A stretch of 64,000 nt of DNA, from contig NZBZ01000020.1 in assembly GCA_002686365.1 (NCBI GenBank), positions 55,484 through 119,483 on the forward strand. Reading direction: 5' to 3'. Position numbers and translations under genes: made by a program. The first letter of the stretch is position 1; each line of letters opens with the position of its first letter. Under the pieces are notes generated by a model. The model ran no database searches, had not been told where the DNA came from, and saw only the letters and a program-made list of their open reading frames with translations. Shown piece by piece: positions 1-10,542 of the stretch. This DNA is from a bacterium. GTDB lineage: Bacteria; Patescibacteriota; Minisyncoccia; UBA6257; GWB1-50-10.

Positions 1-258
1 GGATGGCGAGTTTTTGCCGATCCAATGATGATGGAAAGATTTCAGCTAGAGCCCGAACAAGGGAAGGCATTGAGGTATAATATTTTTAATGCGTATTATC
101 TGCCGAATAAAGGAAATGAATCTCTTCCTCTTTCAATGACTCCAGTTAATTCTTTCCGCACAGTATTAAATTACTATTTTGACCAGAATCTTGAGTTTCT
201 CGAAGATATTTTTTATGGCGTTGATTCTCCTGATGGTCCGCCTCGTGTATATTTTTGA
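1..258 (+). CDS. C-terminal part of a probable sulfatase-like hydrolase/transferase (5' truncated by window edge)
   Basis: Frame is open from base 1. The NIFNAYYLP...TPVNSFRTVLNYYF...LED tail resembles sulfatase-like membrane proteins found near carbamoyltransferase clusters. Confidence 0.6.
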   Translation, partial: GWRVFADPMMMERFQLEPEQGKALRYNIFNAYYLPNKGNESLPLSMTPVNSFRTVLNYYFDQNLEFLEDIFYGVDSPDGPPRVYF

Positions 259-405
259 TTTTTCTAACATCTACTTAAATCCTAAATTCCTTAACAGTTA
301 CAGTTTTTTAAGCACGGGGAAGTAGTCCTAAGGCTTTTATTCGTGCAGTTGATTTCTTCAACAGTATAGTGATAGTATGAAGCCAAAGATATTCTTGCTA
401 AATAT

Positions 406-597
406 ATGAAGTTTTTCCGATCATTGTTTCAGGCATTAAAATTGCGTTTCGGAGTAGGCGAGAGACTCGTGCGCTTTTTATGGGAAAATAAGATGTGGTG
501 GATGATACCAATGGTCGTAGTGCTTATCTTATTTTTCTTGTTAATTATATTCGCGCAAAGTTCTCCGCTCGGACCTTTTATCTACACCTTGTTTTAA
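406..597 (+). CDS. DUF5989/SxtK-like small membrane protein
   Basis: FLWENKMWWMIP...SSPLGPFIYTLF signature, located upstream of a carbamoyltransferase. Confidence 0.85.
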   Translation: MKFFRSLFQALKLRFGVGERLVRFLWENKMWWMIPMVVVLILFFLLIIFAQSSPLGPFIYTLF

Positions 598-632
598 GGA
601 GAGGCATTTGTATCATTTGAACAGCTAATTTT

Positions 633-860
633 ATGAAAAAGTTTTTCTCAGCATTATGGAGAGGTTGGATGAGATTTGCTCAGATAGTGGGAGGATTTAT
701 TTCAGGAGTGTTTCTTGTAGTATTCTATTTCACTATTTTCGCACTGGTCGCCATTCCATACAGAATATTCAAAAGATCGTTTTGCATGCCTAGCAGTTCA
801 AACTGGATAATGAAGAAAAAATCCCCAGCCACGCTTAAGGGATTTGAAAATGAGTTTTAA
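633..860 (+). CDS. SxtJ-like small membrane protein
   Basis: WRGWMRFAQIVG...FYFTIF...S.NW...FENEF pattern and typical gene context. Confidence 0.75.
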   Translation: MKKFFSALWRGWMRFAQIVGGFISGVFLVVFYFTIFALVAIPYRIFKRSFCMPSSSNWIMKKKSPATLKGFENEF

Positions 861-868
861 GATAAGCC

Positions 869-2650
869 ATGAAAATACTTGGACTTTCTTTTTTTTATCA
901 TGATTCTGCAGCAGTGCTGCTGGTGGATGGAGTGCCTGTGGCAATGGCAGAGGAAGAGCGTTTTTCCAGAGTGAAGCATGATTATGAATTTCCATCGCGC
1001 GCAATTGAATTTGTTCTTGGAGAAGGAAAAATTTCTGCAAACGACCTTGATTACGTTGTATTTTATGAAAAGCCATTCATCAAGTTTGACAGGGTATTGA
1101 AAACGCTCCTTGGCACATTTCCATGGGCTCCGCACGTATTCGTAAAAGCTATAAAAAGCTTATTTCTCTCGAAAATCTGGATAAAGGTATTGATTGCAAA
1201 AGAGTTAGGCATTGATCCGCAGAAAATCCTTTTTTCAGAGCACCACCTCTCACATGCTGCAGCGTCATATCTTTCCTCTCCGTATGACAAGGCGGCGATT
1301 CTCAGCGTTGACGGGGTAGGTGAGTGGGCATGTACTGCAATTTCAATAGGCGAAGGAGATTCAATAAGGACTCTTGAAGAAATTCACTTTCCTCATTCTC
1401 TCGGCCTTCTTTACTCTGCATTTACTGCGTTCCTGGGTTTCAAGGTGAATGAGGGAGAATATAAAGTAATGGGAATGGCGCCGTACGGAACGCCAAAATA
1501 TGTAGAAAAAGTAAAAAAACTTATTAAATTTTTTGATGATGGTTCGTATGCGCTCAATCTAGATTACTTCTCGTTTCACAATTCAAATGCACGGACATAC
1601 TCGAAGAAATTCGTGAAGTTGTTCGGCAATCCGCGCAATCCAGAGTCAAAGTTTTTCACAAGAAAATCCGGCTGGCCCTCATACTTTGGGCCAAAGCCGC
1701 AGGGGGAAGAGTTCGAAAAGCTCGCAGATGAACAGGACTATTACGCGGATATTGCAGCCTCTCTTCAGGTAGTTACGGAAGAAGCGCTTATTCGTCTTGC
1801 AAAACGGGCATACGAGCTCACAAAGTACAGCAGGATTTGTATCGGAGGAGGTGTTGGTCTTAATTCTGTTGCGAATTGGAAGATTCTACAAAAAACACCA
1901 TTTGAAGAAGCATGCTTCCATCCTGCGTCAGGTGATTCAGGGGGAGCTTTGGGTGCAGCGCTTTATCTTGATAACGTAATACTGAAAAAAGGAAGAAAAT
2001 ATGTAATGCGTCACGCGTATTATGGAAAAGAATATAAGGAAAAAGAAATTCAGGAATTCATTGTTCAAAAAGGATTAAAAGCGGAACACATTCTGGATGA
2101 AGATGAACTTATAGAAAGGGTAGCAGAGGACATAATCGCCGGAAAAGTAGTGGGCTGGTTCCACGGCAGATTTGAATGGGGTCCGCGCGCGCTTGGGCAC
2201 CGATCTATTCTTGCCGATGCGCGCCGAGATGACATGAAAGACATTGTAAATACAAAGATAAAATTTCGTGAGCCGTATCGTCCCTTCGCGCCGTCAGTGC
2301 TCGCGGAGCACGTGGAGGAATTTTTCGATATTCCCAGCGCATCGAAGCACTATCCCGCTCGTTTCATGCTTTATGTAGTGCCGGTTAAGAAGGAGAAGCA
2401 GGCGCAGATTCCCGCAGTTACTCATGTAGACGGTACGGGGCGTCTGCAGATAGTACACAAAAAAGAAAGCCCTCGCTACTGGAAGCTAATTAACGAATTT
2501 TACAAGAAGACCGGAGTTCCGCTTGTGCTGAACACCTCTTTTAATCTGCGCGGTGAACCAATCGTGACAAGTCCAAAGGATGCCTATAATACGTTTATGA
2601 AGAGTGAAATAGATATATTAGTTTTAGAAAACTATATTATCGTCAAATAA
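869..2650 (+). CDS. NodU/CmcH family O-carbamoyltransferase
   Basis: Motifs YHDSAA, EEERFSRVKH, EHHLSHAA, DGVGE, EWGPRALGHRS, KFREPYRPFAP, LNTSFN. Confidence 0.95.
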   Translation: MKILGLSFFYHDSAAVLLVDGVPVAMAEEERFSRVKHDYEFPSRAIEFVLGEGKISANDLDYVVFYEKPFIKFDRVLKTLLGTFPWAPHVFVKAIKSLFLSKIWIKVLIAKELGIDPQKILFSEHHLSHAAASYLSSPYDKAAILSVDGVGEWACTAISIGEGDSIRTLEEIHFPHSLGLLYSAFTAFLGFKVNEGEYKVMGMAPYGTPKYVEKVKKLIKFFDDGSYALNLDYFSFHNSNARTYSKKFVKLFGNPRNPESKFFTRKSGWPSYFGPKPQGEEFEKLADEQDYYADIAASLQVVTEEALIRLAKRAYELTKYSRICIGGGVGLNSVANWKILQKTPFEEACFHPASGDSGGALGAALYLDNVILKKGRKYVMRHAYYGKEYKEKEIQEFIVQKGLKAEHILDEDELIERVAEDIIAGKVVGWFHGRFEWGPRALGHRSILADARRDDMKDIVNTKIKFREPYRPFAPSVLAEHVEEFFDIPSASKHYPARFMLYVVPVKKEKQAQIPAVTHVDGTGRLQIVHKKESPRYWKLINEFYKKTGVPLVLNTSFNLRGEPIVTSPKDAYNTFMKSEIDILVLENYIIVK

Positions 2651-2652
2651 CT

Positions 2653-3816
2653 ATGCGAGCAGTATTCATGAAAATTATAGCGATTGCAGGGTCTTTGGCC
2701 GCCGCTCTTCTAATTGTAGAAGCATTGTTGTGGGCTCTCACAAGTTTGTCATTAATTCCATCATATAAAGTTGAACAGGTGCAAAAATTTTATGATGAAA
2801 AGCTTTTGTATCGCATTGAACCGCTTAGCCTTCCGGAGATAGATGAAAATGGATTTAGGAACCCCACAGTTCCTGACGAAGTTGATGTTATAGGCATAGG
2901 CGACTCTATGACATACGGCTACAATGCACTGACGGAAGATTCATGGGTTTATCAGCTTGGCCAAAAGACTGGCCTCTCTGTGTACAATATTTCCATTGGC
3001 GGCGGCGGTCCTCCGCAGTACCTCCTGCTTCTTGATGAAGCGCTAAAACTAAAACCGTCAACTATTATTGTGGGGCTTTATCTCGGAAATGATATTGCAG
3101 GGTCCTGCAGTGTTTTTAGAGAATTAGATTTTTGGAAATCATATGCAGTGGAAAATGAGATAGATATTGATGATTGTGTAAATTCAAACAGTGTATATTG
3201 GGGAACAGGCCCGCAAGTATCATCAGATGCAGCAAGAGATGTATCCGGCAGCTTGCTGGAGACAATTAGGGGGTCGTACACAATTTCTTTTATTAAGAGC
3301 ATTGATCCGGTGAAAAAAATGATATGGTCTTTTAGGGCAAAGAAGCTCCTTACGGAAAGCAGCGACTTTTACCTTATTGAAGACGATGCATTGAATGTAC
3401 TGATTGACTATAGCAAAAGTGATCTTATCGACAGAAAAGAAAAGGCAGTACAAAACGGTTACGAAATTACAAAGATACTATTTAAAGAGATGACTCTTAA
3501 ACTTGGGAAAGATCAGCAACTAGTTGTTGCTATTATCCCAACCAAAGCAGACGTATTCTACGATTTTTTACAAGAAAGAGATCACGATATTCCTAAGGCG
3601 CACGAAGACTCCGTTTTGATGCAAAGGGAACTAACAGCAGATTTTATAGACTACTTTAACGATTTAGGAGTAGATGCTGTAGATGCCAGACCGTTTTATG
3701 AAGAAAAGATATTAAATCAAAACCCGCGTTTATATCAAGAATTCAATCGAGATAACCACCCCACAAAAATTGGATATGAGGCAATTGCCGATTCTCTTAT
3801 GGAATTGTTTCAGTAA
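2653..3816 (+). CDS. SGNH/GDSL hydrolase family membrane-anchored protein
   Basis: N-terminal TM helix; GDSMTYG, GND and DNHP blocks. Confidence 0.85.
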   Translation: MRAVFMKIIAIAGSLAAALLIVEALLWALTSLSLIPSYKVEQVQKFYDEKLLYRIEPLSLPEIDENGFRNPTVPDEVDVIGIGDSMTYGYNALTEDSWVYQLGQKTGLSVYNISIGGGGPPQYLLLLDEALKLKPSTIIVGLYLGNDIAGSCSVFRELDFWKSYAVENEIDIDDCVNSNSVYWGTGPQVSSDAARDVSGSLLETIRGSYTISFIKSIDPVKKMIWSFRAKKLLTESSDFYLIEDDALNVLIDYSKSDLIDRKEKAVQNGYEITKILFKEMTLKLGKDQQLVVAIIPTKADVFYDFLQERDHDIPKAHEDSVLMQRELTADFIDYFNDLGVDAVDARPFYEEKILNQNPRLYQEFNRDNHPTKIGYEAIADSLMELFQ

Positions 3817-3844
3817 ACGACTTCTACGTCGTCATTGTAGGAGT

Positions 3845-4117
3845 TTATGACATCCCTCCTTCTGAAGGGTTGCTTTCACTCAATTTTTGATCCTGTTTCA
3901 AGTTCTGTTTATTGTCGTCTGAAGATGAAGGAGTGCCTCTCCTGCGAAAAAGTCTTTTAATTTTTGCCCACATCAGCTTAATGGTAAAAGATGCTCCCAA
4001 TAAGGTGGCAAGTACAATTTGAATTAAAAAGCTGCCCGTACCCGGATCAATATAGGCATCTGCTGTAAGGGGAACAATTAGAAAGTAGAAAGCAATAAAA
4101 AAAATAGCAAGAATCAT
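3845..4117 (-). CDS. Small membrane protein with AYIDPGTGS motif
   Basis: AYIDPGTGSFLIQ motif flanked by hydrophobic segments. Start placed at MILAIFF rather than the ORF-track start. Confidence 0.75.
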   Translation of the reverse strand: MILAIFFIAFYFLIVPLTADAYIDPGTGSFLIQIVLATLLGASFTIKLMWAKIKRLFRRRGTPSSSDDNKQNLKQDQKLSESNPSEGGMS

Positions 4118-4229
4118 ATGTTCAAAAGCATACCACGAGTGAGAATGAACGCAACCATAAGATTTGTAAAACTCGTGAGGGTCTATATAATTGAAGGGCA
4201 TAAAAAATTCGCAGGAAAGCATTGTTAAT

Positions 4230-5390
4230 ATGGAACAGAATACTTCTACAAAAAAACCGCTTGTTTCAATCGTTATTACCTTATATAACGGTGAAAAATT
4301 GATATCCTGCGCGCTTGAGTCCGCTCTTAATCAAACATACTCAAATATCGAAGTTGTTGTATTTGATGATGCTTCAACTGACAACACTGAAGCTATAGTA
4401 AGAAAGTACGCTAAGGCAGATCCAAGGGTTGTATATGTAAGAAACGATTCAAATATCGGGTACGCCAGGAGCTTGGCAAAACTTCCGGAGATTGCCAGCG
4501 GAGAATATGCGCAGCTTCTTGGGGCAGATGACTGGATCGCTGATAATTGCGTTGAGACACTTGTCGAATGCATGGAAGATAATCCGAATGCAGCATGCAT
4601 CACTCCGGAGATGATTACCTTGGAAGAGATGCCGGACAATAGATTTCAATTCTTAAACAAATACATTCCCAAGAAAAAGAGACCGTCAAAAAAATTCTAT
4701 ATTCGAAATGTATACAAAACAGAGCTGGGATCAACGCTTACTCCGTATGCTCTTTTTCGAAAAGATGATTTTCTTGAAAGCGCGAGCTTTATAAAAGACG
4801 CTCTAACAAATCCTCCGGTGCCAACGCCTAAAGAGATGCTGGAAGTACATTCCAGAGGACATGCCACAGGAACTCTTTTCCTCTTAAAAGTAATGCACAA
4901 GTATGAATATCTTATATTCACAGATAAAACAGTATATATAAAAACTCAGAACTCAAAAAATAAAACCAAGGCATATAACAGTATTATCGACTGGGTAAGT
5001 GCCGGAAGAATACTCCAGTCATACTATTTTGATAGAATTGGCTATGATTACTTATTCAAGAGTACATACAGAAAGTTTCGAAAGGGTTTACGCCTATTTT
5101 TCAGCGTAGAACCATTCATCTCAATATTTTTTGTATTTATAAAAAGAGGATGTAAGCCGAAATTTTTTGCAGACTTAAAATGGAAGGACATAAAAGCGTA
5201 TTTTGCTGACTATTCTTTCGCGGGGAGAATAATGGCCCTGCTCTATCTGCCAATTCGCCTCGGAATACGAACCATCTCTTTTGGCACAAGGATATTCAGC
5301 GTGCCGAGAACACAGAAAAAAGATGTTTTCAAAGAAGAGTATTTTTTGAACAAAAAAGGGTACTTTAGTGTGCCAAAAATACGCAGTTAG
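4230..5390 (+). CDS. Glycosyltransferase family 2
   Basis: VSIVITLYN, DDASTD, GADD. ATG at 4230 preferred over the TTG start. Confidence 0.9.
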   Translation: MEQNTSTKKPLVSIVITLYNGEKLISCALESALNQTYSNIEVVVFDDASTDNTEAIVRKYAKADPRVVYVRNDSNIGYARSLAKLPEIASGEYAQLLGADDWIADNCVETLVECMEDNPNAACITPEMITLEEMPDNRFQFLNKYIPKKKRPSKKFYIRNVYKTELGSTLTPYALFRKDDFLESASFIKDALTNPPVPTPKEMLEVHSRGHATGTLFLLKVMHKYEYLIFTDKTVYIKTQNSKNKTKAYNSIIDWVSAGRILQSYYFDRIGYDYLFKSTYRKFRKGLRLFFSVEPFISIFFVFIKRGCKPKFFADLKWKDIKAYFADYSFAGRIMALLYLPIRLGIRTISFGTRIFSVPRTQKKDVFKEEYFLNKKGYFSVPKIRS

Positions 5391-5391
5391 A

Positions 5392-5419
5392 TTGACATGC
5401 TTCTCTCCTTCGTTATTAT
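5392..5419 (+). promoter_or_regulatory. Sigma70-type promoter for gmd
   Basis: TTGACA (5392)-16 nt-TATTAT (5414). Confidence 0.55.
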
Positions 5420-5431
5420 AAAGACCTAATA

Positions 5432-6430
5432 ATGAAAAACAAAAAGGCCTTAATTACGGGAATAACAGGGCAGGACGGCTCATATCTTGCTGAGCTTCTT
5501 TTAGATTTGGGGTATGAGGTGCGCGGCGTTTTTCGTCGTGTAAGTTATTTTAATACCGCTCGTATTGATCATCTATATGAAAATAAGCTATTTGGCATGT
5601 ATTACGCGGATTTAACCGATCCAATCTCTATTACAAGAGCAATAGAGGATTTTAAGCCGGACGAGATATACAATTTAGGCGCAATGAGTTATGTAAAGGT
5701 TTCTTTTGACAAGCCAAGCTATGTGCTGGCAACAAACACCATTGGTCCGCTTTCTATACTTGAGTATATACGCGCCCACGCTCCTAAGACTAAATTCTAT
5801 CAAGCTTCAAGCTCAGAAATGTTTGGCGCCTCAAGAAGCAAGCCCCCGTTTAACGAGCGATCAGAGTTCCGTCCGCAAAGCCCTTATGGCGTTTCAAAAT
5901 TAGCCACCCACCACCTTACAAGAAATTATCGTGAAGGATATAATCTCTTCGCAGCAGCCGGCATCCTATTCAATCACGAAAGTCCAAGAAGGGGAGAGGT
6001 ATTCGTGACGCGGAAAATAACACGCGGAGTCGCTGCCATACTAAAAGGAAAAACCAAGCAACTGGCGTTTGGTAATTTAGACGCTGTAAGAGACTGGGGA
6101 CATTCTAAGGATTATGTAAGGGCAATCCATCTTATTATGCAGCAGGAAGAGCCGGATGAGTACGTGGTTGCCACTGGTGACGCGCACAGTATTCGAGAGG
6201 CCATGGAGTTTTGTTTTAACGAGGTTAATTTAGACTGGAAAAAATACGTAACTATCGACAAAAAGCACTTCCGCCCAAACGAAGTTCCATACTTGAAGGG
6301 GGACTCAAGTAAAATTCGCGCCTTGGGATGGAAGCCGGAGTATGATTGGAAGAGTTTGCTCAGAGAGATGCTGAAGAATGATATAGAAAACTTTGACAAA
6401 AATCCTTCGCAATTCATATCATCTATATAA
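5432..6430 (+). CDS. gmd: GDP-mannose 4,6-dehydratase
   Basis: ALITGITGQDGSYLAE, YQASSSE, SPYGVSK, FNHESPRRG, RDWGH. Confidence 0.95.
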   Translation: MKNKKALITGITGQDGSYLAELLLDLGYEVRGVFRRVSYFNTARIDHLYENKLFGMYYADLTDPISITRAIEDFKPDEIYNLGAMSYVKVSFDKPSYVLATNTIGPLSILEYIRAHAPKTKFYQASSSEMFGASRSKPPFNERSEFRPQSPYGVSKLATHHLTRNYREGYNLFAAAGILFNHESPRRGEVFVTRKITRGVAAILKGKTKQLAFGNLDAVRDWGHSKDYVRAIHLIMQQEEPDEYVVATGDAHSIREAMEFCFNEVNLDWKKYVTIDKKHFRPNEVPYLKGDSSKIRALGWKPEYDWKSLLREMLKNDIENFDKNPSQFISSI

Positions 6431-6433
6431 CGC

Positions 6434-6826
6434 ATGAGAACGATCACGGAAAAAGGTAAGGTTATCGCTCTTGTTTTCGATAATAATTTAGAAAAAGATA
6501 CAGTGCCTCTTACTCCGGAGGAGCTTCCTTTGCAGGTTATAGGACTGAATTATCCTAAGGGAAAGGTATGGCCTCTCCATATTCACGAGCCTAAAAAGCG
6601 AGTCACTGAATATGGGCTAGAGGCGTTTTTTATTTTACAGGGCAAGGCGCGAATACAAATTTTTAAAGACGAAAAAGAAACAGCATCATTTGAATTGAAA
6701 AGCTCTGAGGGGGTCATGGTTTTGGACGGAGCGATAAAAATAGAAGTACTTGAAGACTTGAAGGCGTTAGAGTTTAAGAATGGTCCTTTTATAAAAGACA
6801 AAGTCATCCTGCATGAAGCTTCATGA
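6434..6826 (+). CDS. Cupin-fold protein (WbuC-like), sugar-cluster associated
   Basis: HIH...E cupin motif; EFKNGPF..DK C-terminus. Confidence 0.7.
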   Translation: MRTITEKGKVIALVFDNNLEKDTVPLTPEELPLQVIGLNYPKGKVWPLHIHEPKKRVTEYGLEAFFILQGKARIQIFKDEKETASFELKSSEGVMVLDGAIKIEVLEDLKALEFKNGPFIKDKVILHEAS

Positions 6827-7868
6827 AGAAATAGTTTATGAGGATATAGAGGCGGCATGCAAGGGTATAGACCTTGAGCCTCTAAAAAACTCACGGATAC
6901 TGCTTACCGGCGCGAACGGTTTTTTAGGGTCGTACTTCGCCCACTTATTCAATTACTGCAACGAGAAGAAAAATTTTAACATTCAGTGCGACTGCATTAC
7001 AAAGAGCGAGATTTCTCCGCGCTCCAGAATCTTTCCATTAAAAGAAAAAAAGGGCTTCTCTTTCATAATTAAGGATCTAACAGAATATACTGCCTATGAC
7101 ACGCCGTACGATATTGTTATATACGCGGCAGGCTACGCAGCGCCCAAGAAGTTCTTGGAAGACCCAATCTCTGTCATTGATGTGAATTATATTGGCATAA
7201 AAAGTGTTTTGGAGAATGTTCTTCGTGTAAATCCAAAAGCATCCATAATGTATTTTTCGAGCAGTGAGATATATGGAAGTCCAGAGCCAAAGAACATACC
7301 TACTACTGAAACATACGATGGCAGAGTTTCAATCGTAAACAATCGCGCCTGCTACATGGAATCAAAACGTCTTGCAGAGGTATTGTGCCTAATATACAAA
7401 GATAATCTCAAGGCAGACATAAAAATAGTGCGTCCAGCCCTCACATATGGCCCGGGTCTTAGTTTTGATGATGAGCGGGTTATTGGTCAGTTCATGGGCA
7501 AGGCGTATCAAAATAAAAAGATTGAAATGATTGACGAGGGAAGAGATACACGCGCCTTTTGTTATATCAGAGATGCTCTTCAGGAGCTTCTCCACGTCCT
7601 GCTTTATGGCAGAGATACGATTTACAATATTGGCTCCAGTAAGGAGGAGATAAGCATAAAAGAGCTTGCAGATATAATAGGAGATATAATGGGCGTGCCA
7701 GTAAAAGCCGGGCAGATAAAGGAAGATGCAGTAAAAGGCGCACCAGGAAGAGTATGTCTTGATATGTCGAAAATTGAGAAGGAGTTCAATATTTCACCGC
7801 AAGTAGGCATGAAAGAGGGATTAAAAAGAACAATAGATTGGAATAAGGCGCTTATAAAAGAGGAATAA
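6813..7868 (+). CDS. NAD-dependent epimerase/dehydratase (UDP-glucuronate decarboxylase-like)
   Basis: TGANGFLG, SSSEIYG, RACYMESKR, TRAFCY. Confidence 0.85.
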   Translation: MKLHEEIVYEDIEAACKGIDLEPLKNSRILLTGANGFLGSYFAHLFNYCNEKKNFNIQCDCITKSEISPRSRIFPLKEKKGFSFIIKDLTEYTAYDTPYDIVIYAAGYAAPKKFLEDPISVIDVNYIGIKSVLENVLRVNPKASIMYFSSSEIYGSPEPKNIPTTETYDGRVSIVNNRACYMESKRLAEVLCLIYKDNLKADIKIVRPALTYGPGLSFDDERVIGQFMGKAYQNKKIEMIDEGRDTRAFCYIRDALQELLHVLLYGRDTIYNIGSSKEEISIKELADIIGDIMGVPVKAGQIKEDAVKGAPGRVCLDMSKIEKEFNISPQVGMKEGLKRTIDWNKALIKEE

Positions 7869-7916
7869 TATAAGAGTAAAAAAATGCGCGATAACCTCGT
7901 TTTATTTTAGGAAACT

Positions 7917-8684
7917 ATGAAACTTATTTGTGTAAATGCGTGGGGAGGGAAGTGTCTTGTCCCGCTAATAAATCTTATTAAGGAGGCAGAGCCGACAACT
8001 GATATATTTTGTTTTCAGGAGGTTTTTCATTCGAACGAATCCCGCACGTTAAATTCTGAATATATATCGAATCTGTATGACAAAATACAGGAAGTACTCT
8101 CTGACTTTCAGGGGTCTTTCTCAGCTCAATTTGATAATTACGACTATGAGAGTCCTGTTGATTTCCCGTTGTCTCATGGTCAGGCAACATTTGTAAGGAA
8201 TACATTCAAGGTGCGTAAAAGCGGAGAAGTATTTGTTTTCGGAGAAAAAAATAAAGTAATAAAAGAAGGGAAAATACGGACTGTGCCTGAAAATGTGCAG
8301 TATGTGAATATATCGCATGGAAACCAGGAGTTTGTTGTCTGCAACATTCACGGCATACCGAATTGGCCAAAAATTGACACTCCAGAAAGAATCAAGCAGT
8401 CAAAAATTATTCTGGATCTTTTACAGACCTTCCCGAACTCGAAAAAAATACTGTGCGGCGATTTTAATCTCTTTCCAGAAACAAAAAGCATACAAATGCT
8501 GGAGGCATCAATGAAAAATCTTATAAAGGAATATAAGATTAAAAAAACCAGAAGCGCATTGTATGAAAGAGATGACAAAATATCTGACTATATATTTGTT
8601 TCTCAGGACGTTACAGTAAAAGACATGCAGGTACTGGATGCGGCTGTATCAGACCACCTTCCTCTGGTTGTAGAGTTTGAATAG
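7917..8684 (+). CDS. Endonuclease/exonuclease/phosphatase family protein
   Basis: N-terminal N, FCFQE, GDFN, DYIF, SDHLPL. Confidence 0.9.
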   Translation: MKLICVNAWGGKCLVPLINLIKEAEPTTDIFCFQEVFHSNESRTLNSEYISNLYDKIQEVLSDFQGSFSAQFDNYDYESPVDFPLSHGQATFVRNTFKVRKSGEVFVFGEKNKVIKEGKIRTVPENVQYVNISHGNQEFVVCNIHGIPNWPKIDTPERIKQSKIILDLLQTFPNSKKILCGDFNLFPETKSIQMLEASMKNLIKEYKIKKTRSALYERDDKISDYIFVSQDVTVKDMQVLDAAVSDHLPLVVEFE

Positions 8685-8805
8685 TCCTTTGTTTTGCGAA
8701 AGAAATTCATTCATGGTAGGTTGGTTAGGTTAGTAAAAAACGAAAATATATAAGGCGCAAAGGCGTTTTTTCTAAAAATCGGCTTTGTGTAAATTATTCT
8801 GTAGG

Positions 8806-9615
8806 ATGGACTTAGAAAAACTCTCGACACGGGCAAAGTCCGTGAGGAGAAAAATTATAGAGCTGGTATATCAGGCAAAAGCATCTCATGTTGGATGCTC
8901 GCTTTCAGTTACTGATATTTTAGTTGCTTTGTATTTCGAAGTAATGAATATTGATCCAAAGAATCCGAATGATTCAGATAGAGATAGGATGATTTTAAGT
9001 AAGGGACACAGCATTTCCGCGCTCTACGCTGTACTTGCTGCTCGCGGATTTTTTCCAGAAGAGAAGCTTCAGGAGTATGGAAAAGACAACACATCTCTCG
9101 CCAGCCACGGAGTACGCGGAGCTGTTCCGGGAATTGAGGTGAGCACCGGATCAGGCGGCCACGGGCTTTCGCTTGGCGCTGGTATGGCGCTCGCATTAAA
9201 GGGAGCGAAAAGCAATGCGAGAGTATTCGTAGTTTCAGGCGACGGAGAAATGGCTGAGGGGTCAGCATGGGAAGCAATAACTTTTGCCGGCTTCCATGAG
9301 CTTTCAAATATAACGCTTGTAATTGATCACAATAATCTTCAGGACGGACAGGATGGTCTGCGCGCAGAGGAAGTTCTTGATCTTAATCCATTTGCAGATA
9401 AGTTGAGGGCTTTCCACTGGGATGTAGAAGAGATTGACGGACACAATTTCGAGGAGCTCGTTACTGCCATGAATAAAAAGGGAGAGCGTCCGCAGGCGAT
9501 AATCGCAAGCACCAAAAAAGGCAGGGGAGTATCATTTATGGAAGATGAGCCTGAATGGCACGGCAAATCTCCAAGCGAAGAAGAATATACAATGGCTCTG
9601 AAGGAGCTTTCATAA
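8806..9615 (+). CDS. Transketolase N-terminal (TPP-binding) subunit
   Basis: LSKGH, STGSGGHG, GDGE...EGSAWE, WHG. Confidence 0.92.
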   Translation: MDLEKLSTRAKSVRRKIIELVYQAKASHVGCSLSVTDILVALYFEVMNIDPKNPNDSDRDRMILSKGHSISALYAVLAARGFFPEEKLQEYGKDNTSLASHGVRGAVPGIEVSTGSGGHGLSLGAGMALALKGAKSNARVFVVSGDGEMAEGSAWEAITFAGFHELSNITLVIDHNNLQDGQDGLRAEEVLDLNPFADKLRAFHWDVEEIDGHNFEELVTAMNKKGERPQAIIASTKKGRGVSFMEDEPEWHGKSPSEEEYTMALKELS

Positions 9616-9618
9616 CAT

Positions 9619-10542
9619 ATGCGTCTTTCAACAGTAGAAACAATTTACGAGGCAGCTCTCGAAAATCCAGATATACACTTCATGAGTGGAGATTTGGGGC
9701 ATGTTAAAACAAAAGAGTTTCAAAAGAATCTTCGCGCACAGTATCTCAACGCGGGCATGGCCGAACAGAATATTATCGGTGTTGCAGCAGGACTTGCTCT
9801 TACAGGGAAAAAAGTTTTTGCATACTCAATAGTTCCTTTTATCACCCTTCGTTGTCTCGAGCAGATTAAAGACGACGTGTGTAATCACAATATAGATGTA
9901 ACCGTGATCGGTATTGGCGGCGGGTTTGCTTATGGGAATGCTGGGGCTACTCATTATTCTATTGAAGACATTGCAGCTCTCCGGGCATTACCGAATATGA
10001 AGATTGTCTGTCCAGCAACTCCTTATGAGGCAAAAATGCTGACTAAGGAGGTTATTCGTTTGGGCGGACCAGCTTATATTAGGCTTGGCAGAGGAAAAGA
10101 GCCGAATTTAGAAAAGGAGTATTCTGTTGAATTTGGTAAAGCCGTAGTTGTAAATCTTGGCAATGATGTGACGATTTTCGTTTCAGGGCCGATTATTTCC
10201 GAAGCGCTCCGAGCAGCAGAGATTTTAGAAAAAGAAAATATAAGCACTGAAGTTATTAATATGCATACTATAAAACCGCTTAACGCGGATATTGTTTGTG
10301 ACAGAGCAAAAAAACGAAAAATGCTTTTCACGCTTGAGGAGCATAATGTGATAGGCGGATTAGGAAGCGCTGTTGCGGAAATTGTAAGCAAAATTCGAGA
10401 TCCACGAGCACCGCTCCACTGCTTTGGAGTCCCTGATAAGTGGCCGAAGCTTTTCGGAAGCCAGCAGTATTTAAGAGAGCAGATGGGAATCTCCGGAGAA
10501 CTCGTTGCTGAAAAGATAAAAAAAGAAATAAAAACACTATAG
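9619..10542 (+). CDS. Transketolase C-terminal subunit
   Basis: GMAEQN, GATH, AYIRLGR, TIKP, EEHNVIGGLGS. Confidence 0.92.
   Translation: MRLSTVETIYEAALENPDIHFMSGDLGHVKTKEFQKNLRAQYLNAGMAEQNIIGVAAGLALTGKKVFAYSIVPFITLRCLEQIKDDVCNHNIDVTVIGIGGGFAYGNAGATHYSIEDIAALRALPNMKIVCPATPYEAKMLTKEVIRLGGPAYIRLGRGKEPNLEKEYSVEFGKAVVVNLGNDVTIFVSGPIISEALRAAEILEKENISTEVINMHTIKPLNADIVCDRAKKRKMLFTLEEHNVIGGLGSAVAEIVSKIRDPRAPLHCFGVPDKWPKLFGSQQYLREQMGISGELVAEKIKKEIKTL

Noticed and set aside
869-2650. Saxitoxin or other secondary-metabolite cluster
   Set aside because: Only the generic sxtIJK-like module is present; there are no PKS or amidinotransferase genes and the context is polysaccharide synthesis.
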